From Octopus vulgaris (Eukaryota), in NCBI GenBank assembly GCA_951406725.2, contig OX597815.1:177692001-177756000 (forward strand): 64,000 nt of DNA. Reading direction: 5' to 3'. The notes beneath the pieces were generated by a model. That model made no database searches, was not told the DNA's origin, and saw nothing but the letters and a program-made list of their open reading frames with translations. This document shows positions 1-11,733 of this stretch, piece by piece; position 1 is the first letter of the stretch, and the number at the start of each line of letters is the position of its first letter. The translations under genes were made by a program, and so were the position numbers.

Positions 1-300
1 GTTTGATTAATTTCATATCACGTGTATTTCCTGTAGGTTTCGTCTTCAAATCATACGGCAACATCATTTTTCAGCATAATATAAATCTCATCCACAAAAT
101 TGTTGATAAACAAATATATATATATACACCATGACTAAAGAATGTAAATGGATGATTTGGTGCCGCATTTACAAATAGAAAAATAATATATGTGTGAAAT
201 CGTATTACACCACAAATGTTTGCATGGCATAATAAGTGGAATAATTTCGGTTCATTCTACAGCTGACGTTTGTAATATTATTATTTTTTGAGTACCACTG
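1..300 (+). mobile_element. Decayed 3' end of a Tc1-like DNA transposon
   Basis: ~57-98 translates GNIIFQHNINLIHK, resembling the Tc1 IFQQDNAPxH motif. The segment ends TTTTGAGTACCACTG, a Tc1-type CAGTG terminus in reverse. Confidence 0.45.
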
Positions 301-1335
301 TCTATAGAAAACTGAAAGTAGACACCCCTTGTAACTTTTGTACGCTCTAAGCTTTGACTTTTGTTACTATGGTTGCTACGAATTTTTGAACAAGTGAGCA
401 TATTTTGTTCCGTAGTGTCTCTTTAATTTAGTTGTGCTTGTGAAACTGAAATTTGACCACACAGAACATTGCGTTCCGTGATATGGTCAACTGTTTCGCA
501 TTGTGTTCCCCACATCTCTCCCTGTGACCTCACAATAAATCCAGTTAAGTAAACTCTCTCCTTTCCAAACTATGCATAAATTATTGGTGGGGGTTGGTGG
601 AGGGAGAGTGACAGCGTTTGAATTTGTGTATTCAATGTGTAAATTATTACATATTCTTTCACATTTTCCAAAAGTTCGAATTTTAAACGTCAAGCATCAA
701 TTAAATGAACGCTGTTATATTAATCATCGTTACAGATCGGCCACATTCAGGGAACTGCTTTCTCTGATCCGAAGGCCTGCCAGGTTGTGCAATCATTCCA
801 GGATTTTCAACACAGAGATTGAAACCTGTACTGATGCTACAAAAGCATATAGTTAAGTCGAACCTTTCGATAGGGTTTGCACAAGTTTCACATTTGAAGT
901 AAGACGGGGACAGACGAACGACAACCTGTGCTGATGACAGAATTAAATAAGTGACTGGCATGATTCTATGGAACTGTTAGTTGGCACTGATATGTCGTAT
1001 GCAATGTGCAGCTTAATGGTAATTCTGAATTCCAAGAAAATAACCACAAGGTTCATGAGTTAAATAGAAATTTATAAAATCTTTATTTAAATCGTGATTA
1101 GAAAAAGATGAGATATTCTTAGATAAAAATTGACAGTGTTGACCAACGCCAGTATCACACCACTATAAGCTAGTGACTAAACACTACAGTATAAGAATGA
1201 AGACATCTACTAACGTCCAATTTGAGGATATTAAATTGCAAAGCCATCAGCAGCGGTAATGAAACTGGCATATTTTTGAGTGGGGGCGAAACACCCACCT
1301 ACATACATATACAAGTTGATCTATATACATATATA

Positions 1336-2563
1336 CAGTGTCTTGCAGATAAATGGATACCAAATTTAAGCAGTCGACTTACTGGGTTTAACATTTCATT
1401 CTTTCACAAAACCTTGCTTGCTTGAAAATCTAATCCTACTCTTTATTTTCCAGGTAAATAGCGAACTGATTCGGCAACAGAAAACCATGGAATAACAGAA
1501 TCGTTCCGCAGTTATTGCTTTGGCCCGCACCTTGCAAAATGCCAATAACGTTATTAAGTTGACGAAATTTCCAAATGCAATCGTTTGTCGTGTGTACAGA
1601 CAATTTAAAGGAGAGGGAAATATTGACAGAAAAGAACACACGACCGGGAGTCATTCTAAGTGCAATCCAAAATCTTGTGCTGGCCTCATACGCTCGATTT
1701 AAGCCAACTCATCACGTGCATGACAAATCTTACAAACAAACGCAATGTGTCCCTTTCCACGGTGTCCAGGGTTGTGAACTGGAATCTTGGCATGAATCGC
1801 TATGTTCGATGACGCCGTTACCCACCTTACAACCTAGGCCAAAGCAATCAGAGCTGCGAAATGCTCAAAGCTTCTGTTATTCATCAAGCATCAAGGTGCA
1901 ATAAAAACTCTCGTGGTTGTGGACGAGACGAACTCCACTGTGGCTGTTGAGGTGAATCTCAGAAATGCTCGAGTGATTACATATAACCCTTCTGACGTTC
2001 ACCCCTGTGTTTGAGACTAAGAATCCTTCCTGCCTCTGTGATGGTATTTGGAGCCGTGTGTTATGGACCCACACTTCATTGAGTCTGGCTTCAAGATTGG
2101 CACAAAGGAGTATCTGAACATTCTGAAGTACTCCCTGTTACCTTGCATGCAGCAGAAGTTTAATCTTTAGAATGTGGTGCTTATCCAGGATTCTGCACCA
2201 TGCCGTGGGTCAAAAGCAACACAGGCCTTCGTTGGGGAGAAGGTGCCATTTTTTGTGAGGGCCAATACCTGACCCAGTAATAGACTAGATCTCAACATAC
2301 TCGATTACTTTCTTTGAGGGTACTTCAAGCAAGGACCAATGCTTCATCACACTCGAGTGTCAACAGTTTCGCGGAGGTTGTGCAAAAAAATTTCATTCTC
2401 ATGTGGAGGTAGTAATTGCCTAAAAGAGCGGCAATATTGAGTGATAAATATTTTTGTTGTAATAAATGTTACATTAAAACCATGTGTATACTACCATTCT
2501 TTTAGTATTTATAACCAGTTTTATGCATCGTAAAAAATGTCTCAATGTATCTGCAAGACCCTT
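1336..2563 (+). mobile_element. Near-full-length decayed DD37D (maT/Bmmar1-like) Tc1/mariner transposon
   Basis: TA|CAGTGTCTTGCAGATAAAT at 1336 and ATGTATCTGCAAGACCCTT|TA ending 2563 form imperfect TIRs with TA flanks. The broken transposase starts ~1487 (RSAVIALAR..VCRVYRQFK; ASVMVFGAV; IQDSAPC-x-DLNILDY), with 37 residues between the 2nd and 3rd Asp. Many stops and frameshifts. Confidence 0.9.
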
Positions 2564-3306
2564 TATATATGCACATACACATGAGCATGCGTATGAGTGT
2601 GTGTATATGTGTGCATGTATATGTGCGACCGTGCGGTTTTCATGGATGTAAAGTCTTCTATTTTCTGTGTGGGTGCTCTCGATTAGTGCATTTACGTGGG
2701 GGCATAAACGACCAATACTTGTATAGGTTAACAACAATGACAAGGAAACGGATGCATGTGAATATAAAGCTTGAAAAATAAAGTAGCCATTAACGTGAAG
2801 TTTTGTTGCCGAGATACATTCTCTTGATTATTATGTGATTGGTTTTGATTTTAACGCATCACCGAGTGGATTCACTTATGTTCTTAAAGATAAATTTAAG
2901 TCGGAAATGAATGGGAGTAGATTAATTATATTTCTAACTCCTGCAAATGGATTTAGCCGATGTCTGTATTTTGAAATATTAGTTTTTGAAATTTATCTTC
3001 ATTGAAGTAATTCGGCTGGAGATTGATATGCGTGGTAATGCTCAGCTTTTGCATTTCGTTGTTATTTTTTTTCCGAAGCCGTATAACTCTCACGCCTTTA
3101 TTTTCTCTTAACCTACATTTATGGAAACACGTTATTAAACATGAAAAAAAATGAGTTTGAATAGCGAAAATATTTAGCTCTCATTGCTTGAGTGTCTCTA
3201 TTCTGGGATCGATAAGATAACTACCTGTAATACGCCTGACATAAAACCAACAATTTTCTTTCGACTCTGAAGTAATGGTTTTCCAGAAGCATACACACAA
3301 CAAACA

Positions 3307-3312
<6 letters not shown>

Positions 3313-3398
<86 letters not shown>
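3313..3398. repeat. (CA)n microsatellite
   Basis: Pure CA run. Confidence 0.99.
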
Positions 3399-3399
<1 letters not shown>

Positions 3400-4419
3400 C
3401 CTTGGTTTTTTAGACTCTCTGAAAGATAATTCGTGTTTTACATAGAATTAGTCATGATTAGTAGAGGAATAAAAATGGTACCAATGATATAAAATGGAAG
3501 CCGATACTTGTGTAACGTGATAACGTATTTCTTTAAGATATTTCAATTGCATATGCAATAAATACAAAGGTTGTGCACACATTTGTCCTGCACATATAAA
3601 CGTAGCCTGATCTTGAACAGGCATGGCCGGATGAACAGAAAGAATTACATCATTACATAATAGGTCCAACCTAGCAGAAATGTAGTAATTGAGACCTGTT
3701 TGCAACATCGATAGAAACTCATATGTAATGTGAATGCAACACGTGTGAAACAAATTATTATAGGGTGCAGCACTGAGATTAATTAGATCAGCGCCTGCTT
3801 ATTGCGTAATAATATGCGATTTAGCTCCTACCATGTTCACATTATTTCTAATTTACCGCAATAAAAATGAACTTGAATAATGTATCTGCTGTCTTTTCTC
3901 GTAGTCGGAAGTTATGTTGAACGTTGCGTAAGAATCCGTTGAAAAGGACACAAAGGATTAGTTTAAGAAGGCAAATGTAAACTTACAGACAAATGTAGGC
4001 GACCATTGCAATATATTGAATGCTTTGCATCCCAAATATGAAATATTTCGCCAAATTTCCGAAATAGCAATCAATTACAATGAAATGTGAATGCAAATGT
4101 GCAAATTAGAGGTGCGTGGTTTGAAAATGAAATATCGTAAAGAGATTTGGTTGAAGGGCGGGAAAATCAGTGATAGAAATATTAATTATAGCTGCAATAA
4201 CAGTTTAATGCTAATTCTGCGTGTATATTATCTCTCACTAAATTTATTATATTAGCATTCTTTCTACATCTAACGCACTATATTCAGTTAGTGCCCTCAA
4301 AATACAAAACTAAATCCCCATTAAATGTCGACGGAATTATGCAACATACAGGTCTATATGTTATAATTTAAAATTGAACAAAAAAAATCTGCGTGAATAT
4401 TGATAACCATCCTTGAGTT

Positions 4420-4872
4420 GTCAGAGGATGTGCATATTAGTTACGGTTCGATTCATTATCACTGAAAATTTGTCTATGAGACACGTGTCTGCTAAGTTTG
4501 TGCCGAAACAGCTTTCAGCAGACCAAAGGGACTCTTGGTCTTCAGTTGCACAAGATCTCACTGATTGTGTCGAGAACGATGAAAACGTTTTCGAAAACTT
4601 TGTGTATGTCTTTGAACAGGTATTGCCAATTTTTTGGCAAAATTTGATGCCTATTCTCTGCTCGACTTTCTCTGTCATGGTCAATGCAATGAATACATGC
4701 TACCCACGTTACTTCCAAGCAGTGCTGTAAACAACTGAAGTGAGCTAGAATGTCAAAACGTTGTGCGCATGCATGACAGAGGTTAAGGTCAATGTGTGCT
4801 AAGCAGCTTCACTTTGCATGCTTTATCTGCGTTACTAAGGCACTAATCCAGATATTTAATGATCAGACCACG
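4420..4872 (-). mobile_element. Rearranged mariner 5' fragment with internal inversion
   Basis: Minus strand: TIR-like TA|CGTGGTCTGATCATTAAATATCTGGA from 4872 and N-terminus MTEKVEQRIGIKFCQKIG (4684 downward). Plus strand 4420-4595: ITENLSMRHVSAKFVPKQLSADQRD, the WVPHEL-equivalent linker region. Confidence 0.85.
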
Positions 4873-5908
4873 TATATATTGTCGTCCAGTGGCTTAACAT
4901 TGTTGACTTCAAATTTTTCGGACAATGCTGGTAACCTCTCCGGTGGTGGCGGTAAATCTTTTACAATGACTCTAGCTTTCAGCTGGTGCTTATTTTGTCA
5001 ACTTCGAAAAGAATAGAAGGCAAATTTAACCTCAGTGCCTCAGCAGAGGTTAATTAACCTATGATATCATAAATTAAACAAACAGACCTTTAAGAAAGCT
5101 GTTAATTGCAGTCCTATCCCTGTGTAAATACCAATTTTCAATTAATACAAAATGAATATATTTAAGTGTGGGGAGAAAACAAGGAACCCTTTTACCCTCG
5201 TCACTTTGATGTAAACGGCACTGAACACGAGAAATCAGATGATATTCAATAAAATAATATTCAAAACGCGTTGATACAATTAAATATTGTGAAGAATTTC
5301 AGCACTCATTATATCTGAAGCTTGATATACTTCGTAGCTTCTAACTCAAGATAATATAGCGCAGCCATCAAGTAAAATGTTCCGCAGAATTCAATGAAGG
5401 GAAGTTGCTACTGTGAGGCATAAGGCATGAATACATGCGCATTGAATACGTTAGAAAAATTCAATTATATCGACTAGCGACTAGCTTTATGCAAAACACA
5501 CAACAACCGATATAAAATACAAACCTATAACGAAATAAAAACTGGTTTTTATTCTTTATATCCCAAAGAAAAATTGTAATTCGATATGGAATGTATTTGT
5601 TTTCTTGTGTTTACACTCTTCTGTATATATTTTTGCCTGTGTATTATATATTGATTATGAATTTAGTTATTTCTCTATTTCTAATTGTAAAATGGGATGG
5701 CATTACGGGCAGCATATTAATTAATTATACATACTACAGTGAGTTGGTAATACACAGGGTGCTAGTAAAAATTGCGACCAATTCTTATATTCTCTAAGAA
5801 TGTTTTATCATATCTAGTCTACTGAAGGAATTTTTACTATTTCTGTTTGGCATCCGTAGTGGCAAATATTCAACTGAATATTGAGCTATAAACTCATAAA
5901 TATATATA

Positions 5909-6093
5909 TTTCTTTATTGGCCAAAAGGGGCTAAACATAGGGGGGGGGGGGGCAAACAAGGACACACAGAAGGAATAAAGCGGACTACATCGACCCCAGT
6001 GCGTAACTGGTACTTATTTAATCGACCCCGAAAGGATGAAAGGCAAAGTCGACCTCGGAGGAGTTTGAACTCAGAACATAACATCAGACGAAA
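5909..6093 (-). mobile_element. SINE family 1 (tRNA-derived, Deu/Nin-domain-like core), headless monomer, tail 1
   Basis: Reverse complement contains GAGTTCAAA (B box), GTCGACTTTGCCTTTCATCCTTTCGGGGTCGA..AAGTACCAG and a tail ending AATAAAGAAA. Many copies in the window. Confidence 0.9.
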
Positions 6094-6202
6094 CTTTTAG
6101 ATATATATATGTGTGTGTGTGTGTATGACTATATGTGAGTGTACGCGCAATGGAATCCACATGACAAAAATATTCTAATATAATACCTTTTATTTGTAAA
6201 TT

Positions 6203-6505
6203 GGAGGCGCAATGGCCTAGTGCTTAGGGAAGCGAACTCGCGGTCGTAGGATCGCGGTTTCGATTCCCAGACCGGGCGTTGTGTGTGTTTATTGAGCGAA
6301 AACACCTTAAAGCTCCACGAGGCTCCGGCAGGGGGTGGTGATCCCTGCTGTGCTCTTTCACCACTCTTTCTCTCACTTTTTCTTCTGTTGGCCTGCTCGC
6401 TTAGCTAGCGGGGTGGCGTCATTCGAAGGCTAAAACAATGCGAACGCATTGTGACCAGCGATGTGTAGCAACATCTGATGGCCTGGTCGGTCACGTGATT
6501 ACGTG
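6203..6505 (+). mobile_element. SINE family 2 (tRNA-derived), full length, tail A, 11-bp TSD
   Basis: A box TGGCCTAGTG, B-box-like GGTTTCGATTCCC, tail ending GGTCGGTCACGTGA. TSD ATTTGTAAATT at 6192-6202 and 6506-6516. Confidence 0.92.
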
Positions 6506-7245
6506 ATTTGTAAATTACATTTATAAATCATGTTACTGCGATCTTCAAAAACTAGCAGCATTTTCAGCAACAACCATTTATTCGAGTTCTGTCTTTTGAG
6601 TTCTTTGTGTTTTTATCTCTGTATCTTACCTTCAATTTTCCCACCCCGTCCCCAACATCTCTCTCTCTCCCTCTTTCTCTCTCTCTCTATCTCTCTCACT
6701 ATATCTTTATCTCTCTCTGTTGCCAAGGGTGATATCAGCGCATTGTGTTTGATAAGGCGCAAGGTGTGATGGTACAGTAGTTTGAAGTCACGATTTCGAA
6801 TCTCTAACACAGACGGTTATTTCAACTTTTTCATTTATGTCTGTTGCTTCTAATCCTTTTTAGTGAATGAATTGCGTTTTCTTACATTGGCGTTTTCACA
6901 TTGGGTATATAGTTGTCATAGGATATTGAGTTTGTACTTTTTAGTAAACATAAATTATTAAGAAATATAAGCAGGCGAAAATTGTCCATTCTTTGTTTTC
7001 TTCCTTTTCTGAAGAACACTCTAATAGAATTGAAATCAAGAACTAATACTAAATAAATTAATGTAATAAATAAAGTGTAATTGTATGTGGCAAGTTCAAC
7101 AATTATATAACGATGGTTAATTGAGTTGCATTTGCTCGAGATTAAACAATGAAATGAATCTATTAAATGCGCAACACTTCTTAATTTTCTAACTTTGCAT
7201 TTATCACTTACCTATATGCGTAGATTCCATAATAGATATAATCGT

Positions 7246-7630
7246 TTCTACTGTAGGCACAAGGCCCGAAATTCTAGGGGAGGGGGCAGTCGATTAGATC
7301 GACCCCATTAGGCAACTGATACAAAACTTATCGACTCTGAAATGTAAAGTCGACCTCGACGTAAATTGAACTCAGAACGTAACGGCAGACGAAATGCCTA
7401 TTTCATTACCACCCACAAGGGGCTAAACGCAGAGGGGACAAACAAGCTCAGACAAACGGATTAAGCGGATTACATCGATCCCAGTGCGTAACTGGTACAT
7501 ATTTAATCGACCCCGAAAGGATGAAAGGCAAAGTCGACCTCGGCGGAATTTGAACTCAGAACGTAACGGCAGACGAAATACGGCTACGCATTTCGCCCGG
7601 CGTGCTAATCATTCTGCCAGCTTGCCGCCT
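7246..7630 (-). mobile_element. SINE family 1 dimer (full monomer with tail 1, then headless monomer with tail 2)
   Basis: Two copies of the core joined at GAAATA|GGCATTTCGTCTG (~7390-7405). Confidence 0.9.
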
Positions 7631-7780
7631 TTGATAATAAATATAATGCGATATAATACTATAATAAATACAAGGCCATATCTAAGTAAATGGGGGGAAT
7701 TATTGCTTAATGAAAATGAACTAAATAACTAATGAGTGGTCTTTAAATTATTTATTTCACTAAAATATTTATAGGACTAA

Positions 7781-8220
7781 ATAGAAATATTAATATTTCT
7801 AAGTCTCTCTAATATGGCAGTCCAGAAATATAGGGCGAATGCTGCCGTTGATTAGCTCCAGAGGTCATCGCCTCTTCGCGATAATTATAAATATCCAGTA
7901 CCGCTACCGTAGTCTCCTTTAGAGAGACTTAGAAATAATAATATTTCTATTTTTGAAAACCAGTGGATGTATTTCACTGAATTTAGGTAAATAATCCCTC
8001 GAACAGACGCTTAGTAGCGACGCCTGCTGGGTTCGGCTGCTCTGCATTGATAAGGGGCAAATACCCTGAAACTAGTCTGCAGATGCCTGACCAGCAATGG
8101 GAAGCGGCTGACCTCCCCTGTTCGAAGTTTATAATGGACACAGGCTCTCTAAAGAGGCGATGGCGTCTTGGAGCTAATGAACGACAGCATTCGTCCTATA
8201 TTTCTGGACTACCATATTAG
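7781..8220 (+). mobile_element. Small non-coding hammerhead-bearing element (retrozyme-like or Penelope-derived) with inverted 5' copy
   Basis: 7781-7812 is inverted to 7919-7950, and 7809-7876 is inverted to 8152-8220. Hammerhead-like motif at 8041-8083. Homologous to 50534-51042. Confidence 0.75.
8041..8083 (+). ncRNA. Minimal type I hammerhead ribozyme-like motif (core mutated)
   Basis: TCTGCA-tTGATaA-GGGG caaata CCCT-GAAA-CTAG-TC-TGCAGA: 6-bp helix I, core two transitions from CUGAUGA, 4-bp helix II, palindromic ACTAGT helix III, GUC site. Confidence 0.7.
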
Positions 8221-9530
8221 CTTGGTGATAACTATTAATATTTACAGGACTCTTCGAATGATTGAATGATTAATAAATTTATTGAACATGCTTGTCGGGT
8301 TTTTGCAAAATGCATGTTGAGAGTTTCCTTTCTTCCACATAATAACAATGAAGTTGAAATCTTCGTTATAATCTTCAACTCTTATTGAGAAACTTACAGT
8401 TTTACAAGTCATTGAGGTTTGTACAAAATCCTCAGCAATTTGCAGGCAGGCATCACACCATAATTATAACTGTTTATTGCCACAATATCCATAAATAAAC
8501 ATCTAGCTTATAAAAAATAAATTTAAAATCTGTTATCTAGAAACATATCGATATTCGATGAAGCATTTCAACAGAAATTAACACAAGAACGGTATACGCT
8601 TTGTGATATCGTTATAGATTTGTTATAGAATAGCAGATATTGACAAGTAAGATTGCTTCCTCTCGAAATAATAAGCCAACAAGTATTCTGATTATAGGTA
8701 TAATTTTCTAAATCAATTTGTCGAAAATCGTAGATGTTATTACCATTTAAAATAATGTAGTATTGAGTTTGTATTTACGCAAACAGGTAACTGTGAACTC
8801 ACCTTCGTTGTAGCTAAAGTAAAATTTTTATATATTTTTATCAATATACTCCATAAGTATTTGATTTAGAACGATTAGTTCGTGTGTTACAAGGTTGTGA
8901 TATCAGTAAATGAACTGCAAGTGTAAAAATATGTTTCCTGCCTGACAAGTACATCAGATATATTATCTGCGTCATGATCTGTTTCAATTTTCAGCTGTCC
9001 TCTTGTTGTCGTTTACAAAACCTCATTTTGTTTTTATATCGGTTTGCGATTAAAAGTCAAAGGGATTGATGATATGGCTGCTGATATCCTGTGAGAAGTT
9101 TGTTTATATTTTATCTAAATTTATGAAAATATTTGTTGCTGATTGTCAGCACATCTTATCTTTTTTCTAACATCTTGATGAAATGCGTTGATATTTGTCT
9201 GAAATTGATAAGAGTTGACACAATGGAAACGATCCTCTTCACATGGTTATAAAAGCCATTTCAAAAACGTTTCCTTCATTTAAAAACTGAATTTTCTCGC
9301 CATTTTGAAATGCAACAGATTTTTGAAAAATGTAAATTTCCAACATAATCCTTTGAAGAATAGCTTTGGGTTTTTTGTCACAGACACTTAAGTTCGGTTG
9401 TATTCGACAGTCTAGGTCAACCATTCCATGAAACGGTGTTTTGTTGTAGAATCAGAATCTCATTTATGCTTATAAAATTAATATTCCATAAATGACAATA
9501 TATAATTGAATATGCAGGCATATACATATA

Positions 9531-9591
<61 letters not shown>

Positions 9592-9592
<1 letters not shown>

Positions 9593-9812
9593 AAGCAACA
9601 AGGATATCCATAGGTAATGCAGTAGGATCGTTTCATGCGATTCCATTTAAATGAAATCGCATGAAACGATTGTACTACACTACCTTGGATATCCTTGTTG
9701 CTTATTTTGATTATAGTCACCCTATTTTGAATTATATGGATAATGCCATACTAAATTCTGGTGCCTTTAACTTAAGTACCATAGTCATCTGAATCTAAAT
9801 TTTACTGAAATT
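9592..9812 (+). mobile_element. Fold-back element, Penelope-terminus-like, within (TA)n
   Basis: 113-bp near-perfect palindrome at 9592-9704 centred on CATTTAAATG, plus a ~110-bp tail. Second copy at 10897-11051. Confidence 0.65.
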
Positions 9813-9823
9813 ATATATATATA

Positions 9824-10665
9824 TCAAAAGATGTTGAATGGATTAAGATCTCCCTGTACAGAGTAAGGGAATTTCATCTTACAAATCGCAAATTTCATCT
9901 TCCCAGTTGTGAAAAGGATCTGGGAGAAAATGTGTAGCTGTTCTGCTAGTGCTCCTTTGTATTTCTTCAGCAGGACTACTAGGAATCCCACAAGGCCTGT
10001 GGCTGAATTTGGTCTAATTTCATCAATGGCTGCTATTACATGTTTCCTCTAATTTGATGTTATCCATAACTGCCATCTTTTGTGTAGAGCTGTGGTGCCG
10101 AAGAATTCATCAAGCATGTCGATGAACCGTCTTATTCGAGCAGTGACCCTATCCTTTACCGTACAGAAGGAAATTCATTTGCAAACCTATAGACGGCTTT
10201 ACGATTTATCTTTCTATTTTTGACAGCCCTGGCTTCTTTGTCCACCGTCTCCGTTTCATAGGAGTTTTGACTTCATTTTCGATCTCCGGCAATATTTGTT
10301 TGAGACAGGGTCCTTTGCTATCCTTTACTGGCCCATTAAGACTGTTTGAGATTTTTTTATCATCGTCTCATTAGAATCCCTGAGGATTATATTTTTCTTT
10401 TGGTTTCACGTTCTCTCTGAAGCAAATATACTGCATATGCCAAGCATGATTATCCTAAAGTGCTGTAGCTTTATGTCAATATCTTTCATAGAGAAATTGG
10501 TAGGCCTCATTCGCAATATCCTTCGATTCAGCTTTGTGAAAATTCAGGCTGGAGAGGTACTGGGTGCTTCTTGTAGCTTGCATGCTTGCAGTTTTATGCG
10601 GACCGTACATTTTTAGTTCTATTACTAAGTTCCAATCCGAGAGAATCATTAGTGTCACTTTAACA
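9824..10665 (-). mobile_element. CR1/Jockey-group LINE ORF2 fragment (EN-RT linker and RT domain 0)
   Basis: Minus translation LSSLNFHKA and VIAAIDEIRPNSATGLVGFLVVLLKKYKGALAEQLHIFSQILFTTGK, matching the KA.GPDG..LK...LA.PL..LF..SL.TG motif. Stops and frameshifts present. Confidence 0.8.
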
Positions 10666-10685
10666 TTATATATATATAATGTGAC

Positions 10686-10886
10686 CTTGTGTGTACCGTT
10701 GGCGATTTTTTTTCCCTCTGTCTTCCCTTCTGTGGATCTTTCCTTTTCCTGTGTTTCCGACGAAGAGCTCCGCTCGAAACATTAAATCCTCCTTCTTTCC
10801 TTCTTTCTTGAGCGTCCAATAATACTAAATTTGTTCCACGTCCTCGCGTTGTTGTGTTTTTTTGTGCTTTCTTGTTTTGAGTAACT
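10686..10886 (+). mobile_element. Penelope-terminus-like short repeat with hammerhead-like motif
   Basis: TTT-CcGACGA-A-GAGC tcc GCTC-GAAAC-aTT-AAA at 10754-10786, flanked by (TA)n. Related copies at ~44402-44517 and ~48133-48247 on the minus strand. Confidence 0.65.
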
Positions 10887-10896
10887 ATATATATAT

Positions 10897-11049
10897 AATC
10901 AACAATGATATCCAGAGGTAATGCAGATATGCTTGTTGCTTATTTTGCTTATAATCACTTTATTTTAAATTATATGGATATTACCAAACTAAATTCTGGT
11001 GCCTTCAACTTAAGTACCATATTCATCTGAATCTAAATTTTACTGAACT

Positions 11050-11051
<2 letters not shown>
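10897..11051 (+). mobile_element. Second, centre-deleted copy of the 9592-9812 element
   Basis: Shares CTTGTTGCTTATTTTG..CTAAATTCTGGTGCCTT..AACTTAAGTACCATA..CATCTGAATCTAAATTTTACTGAA. The palindrome centre is missing. Confidence 0.85.
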
Positions 11052-11090
<39 letters not shown>

Positions 11091-11095
<5 letters not shown>

Positions 11096-11389
11096 ATAAA
11101 GGATCGTGGGTAAGGCGAAAACAATGCGAAGTGAATGCAAGGTAAATCACAAGGAAACTAATATGTGAATAAATATAGTCTTACCTTGCATTCAATATTT
11201 CGGGGTTAACACACGCTCACACACACACACACACACATCGGCAACAATCGTCACTTTTTGAAAATGGGATCATAACCTCGAAATATTGAATACAGGGTAA
11301 GTCTACATTAATTCACATATTTTCTTCTTGTGATTTACCTTGCATTTACTTTGCATTGTTTTGGCCTTTCCCACGAACTTTTATACAAT
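11091..11389. repeat. ~117-bp inverted repeat (fold-back element)
   Basis: Arms 11091-11208 and 11273-11389; the spacer contains (CA)n. Confidence 0.9.
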
Positions 11390-11577
11390 GTATTCTACAC
11401 AATGCTTCATTGTAATTATTCGACACACACACACATACATATATATATATATGTATGTATGTACATATATATATATATATGTATATATATATGTATATAT
11501 ATGTACGTACATATATACATGTGAATATATATACATACATATACACATACACAAACACATACACACATACATATATA

Positions 11578-11733
<156 letters not shown>

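Noticed and set aside
572-961. Overlapping short ORFs in unique sequence
   Set aside because: No domain similarity or coherent exon structure.
6203-6275. tRNA-like heads (also 19091, 20189, 36036, 58022) as tRNA genes
   Set aside because: There is no complete cloverleaf and each continues into a repeated body, so they are SINE heads.
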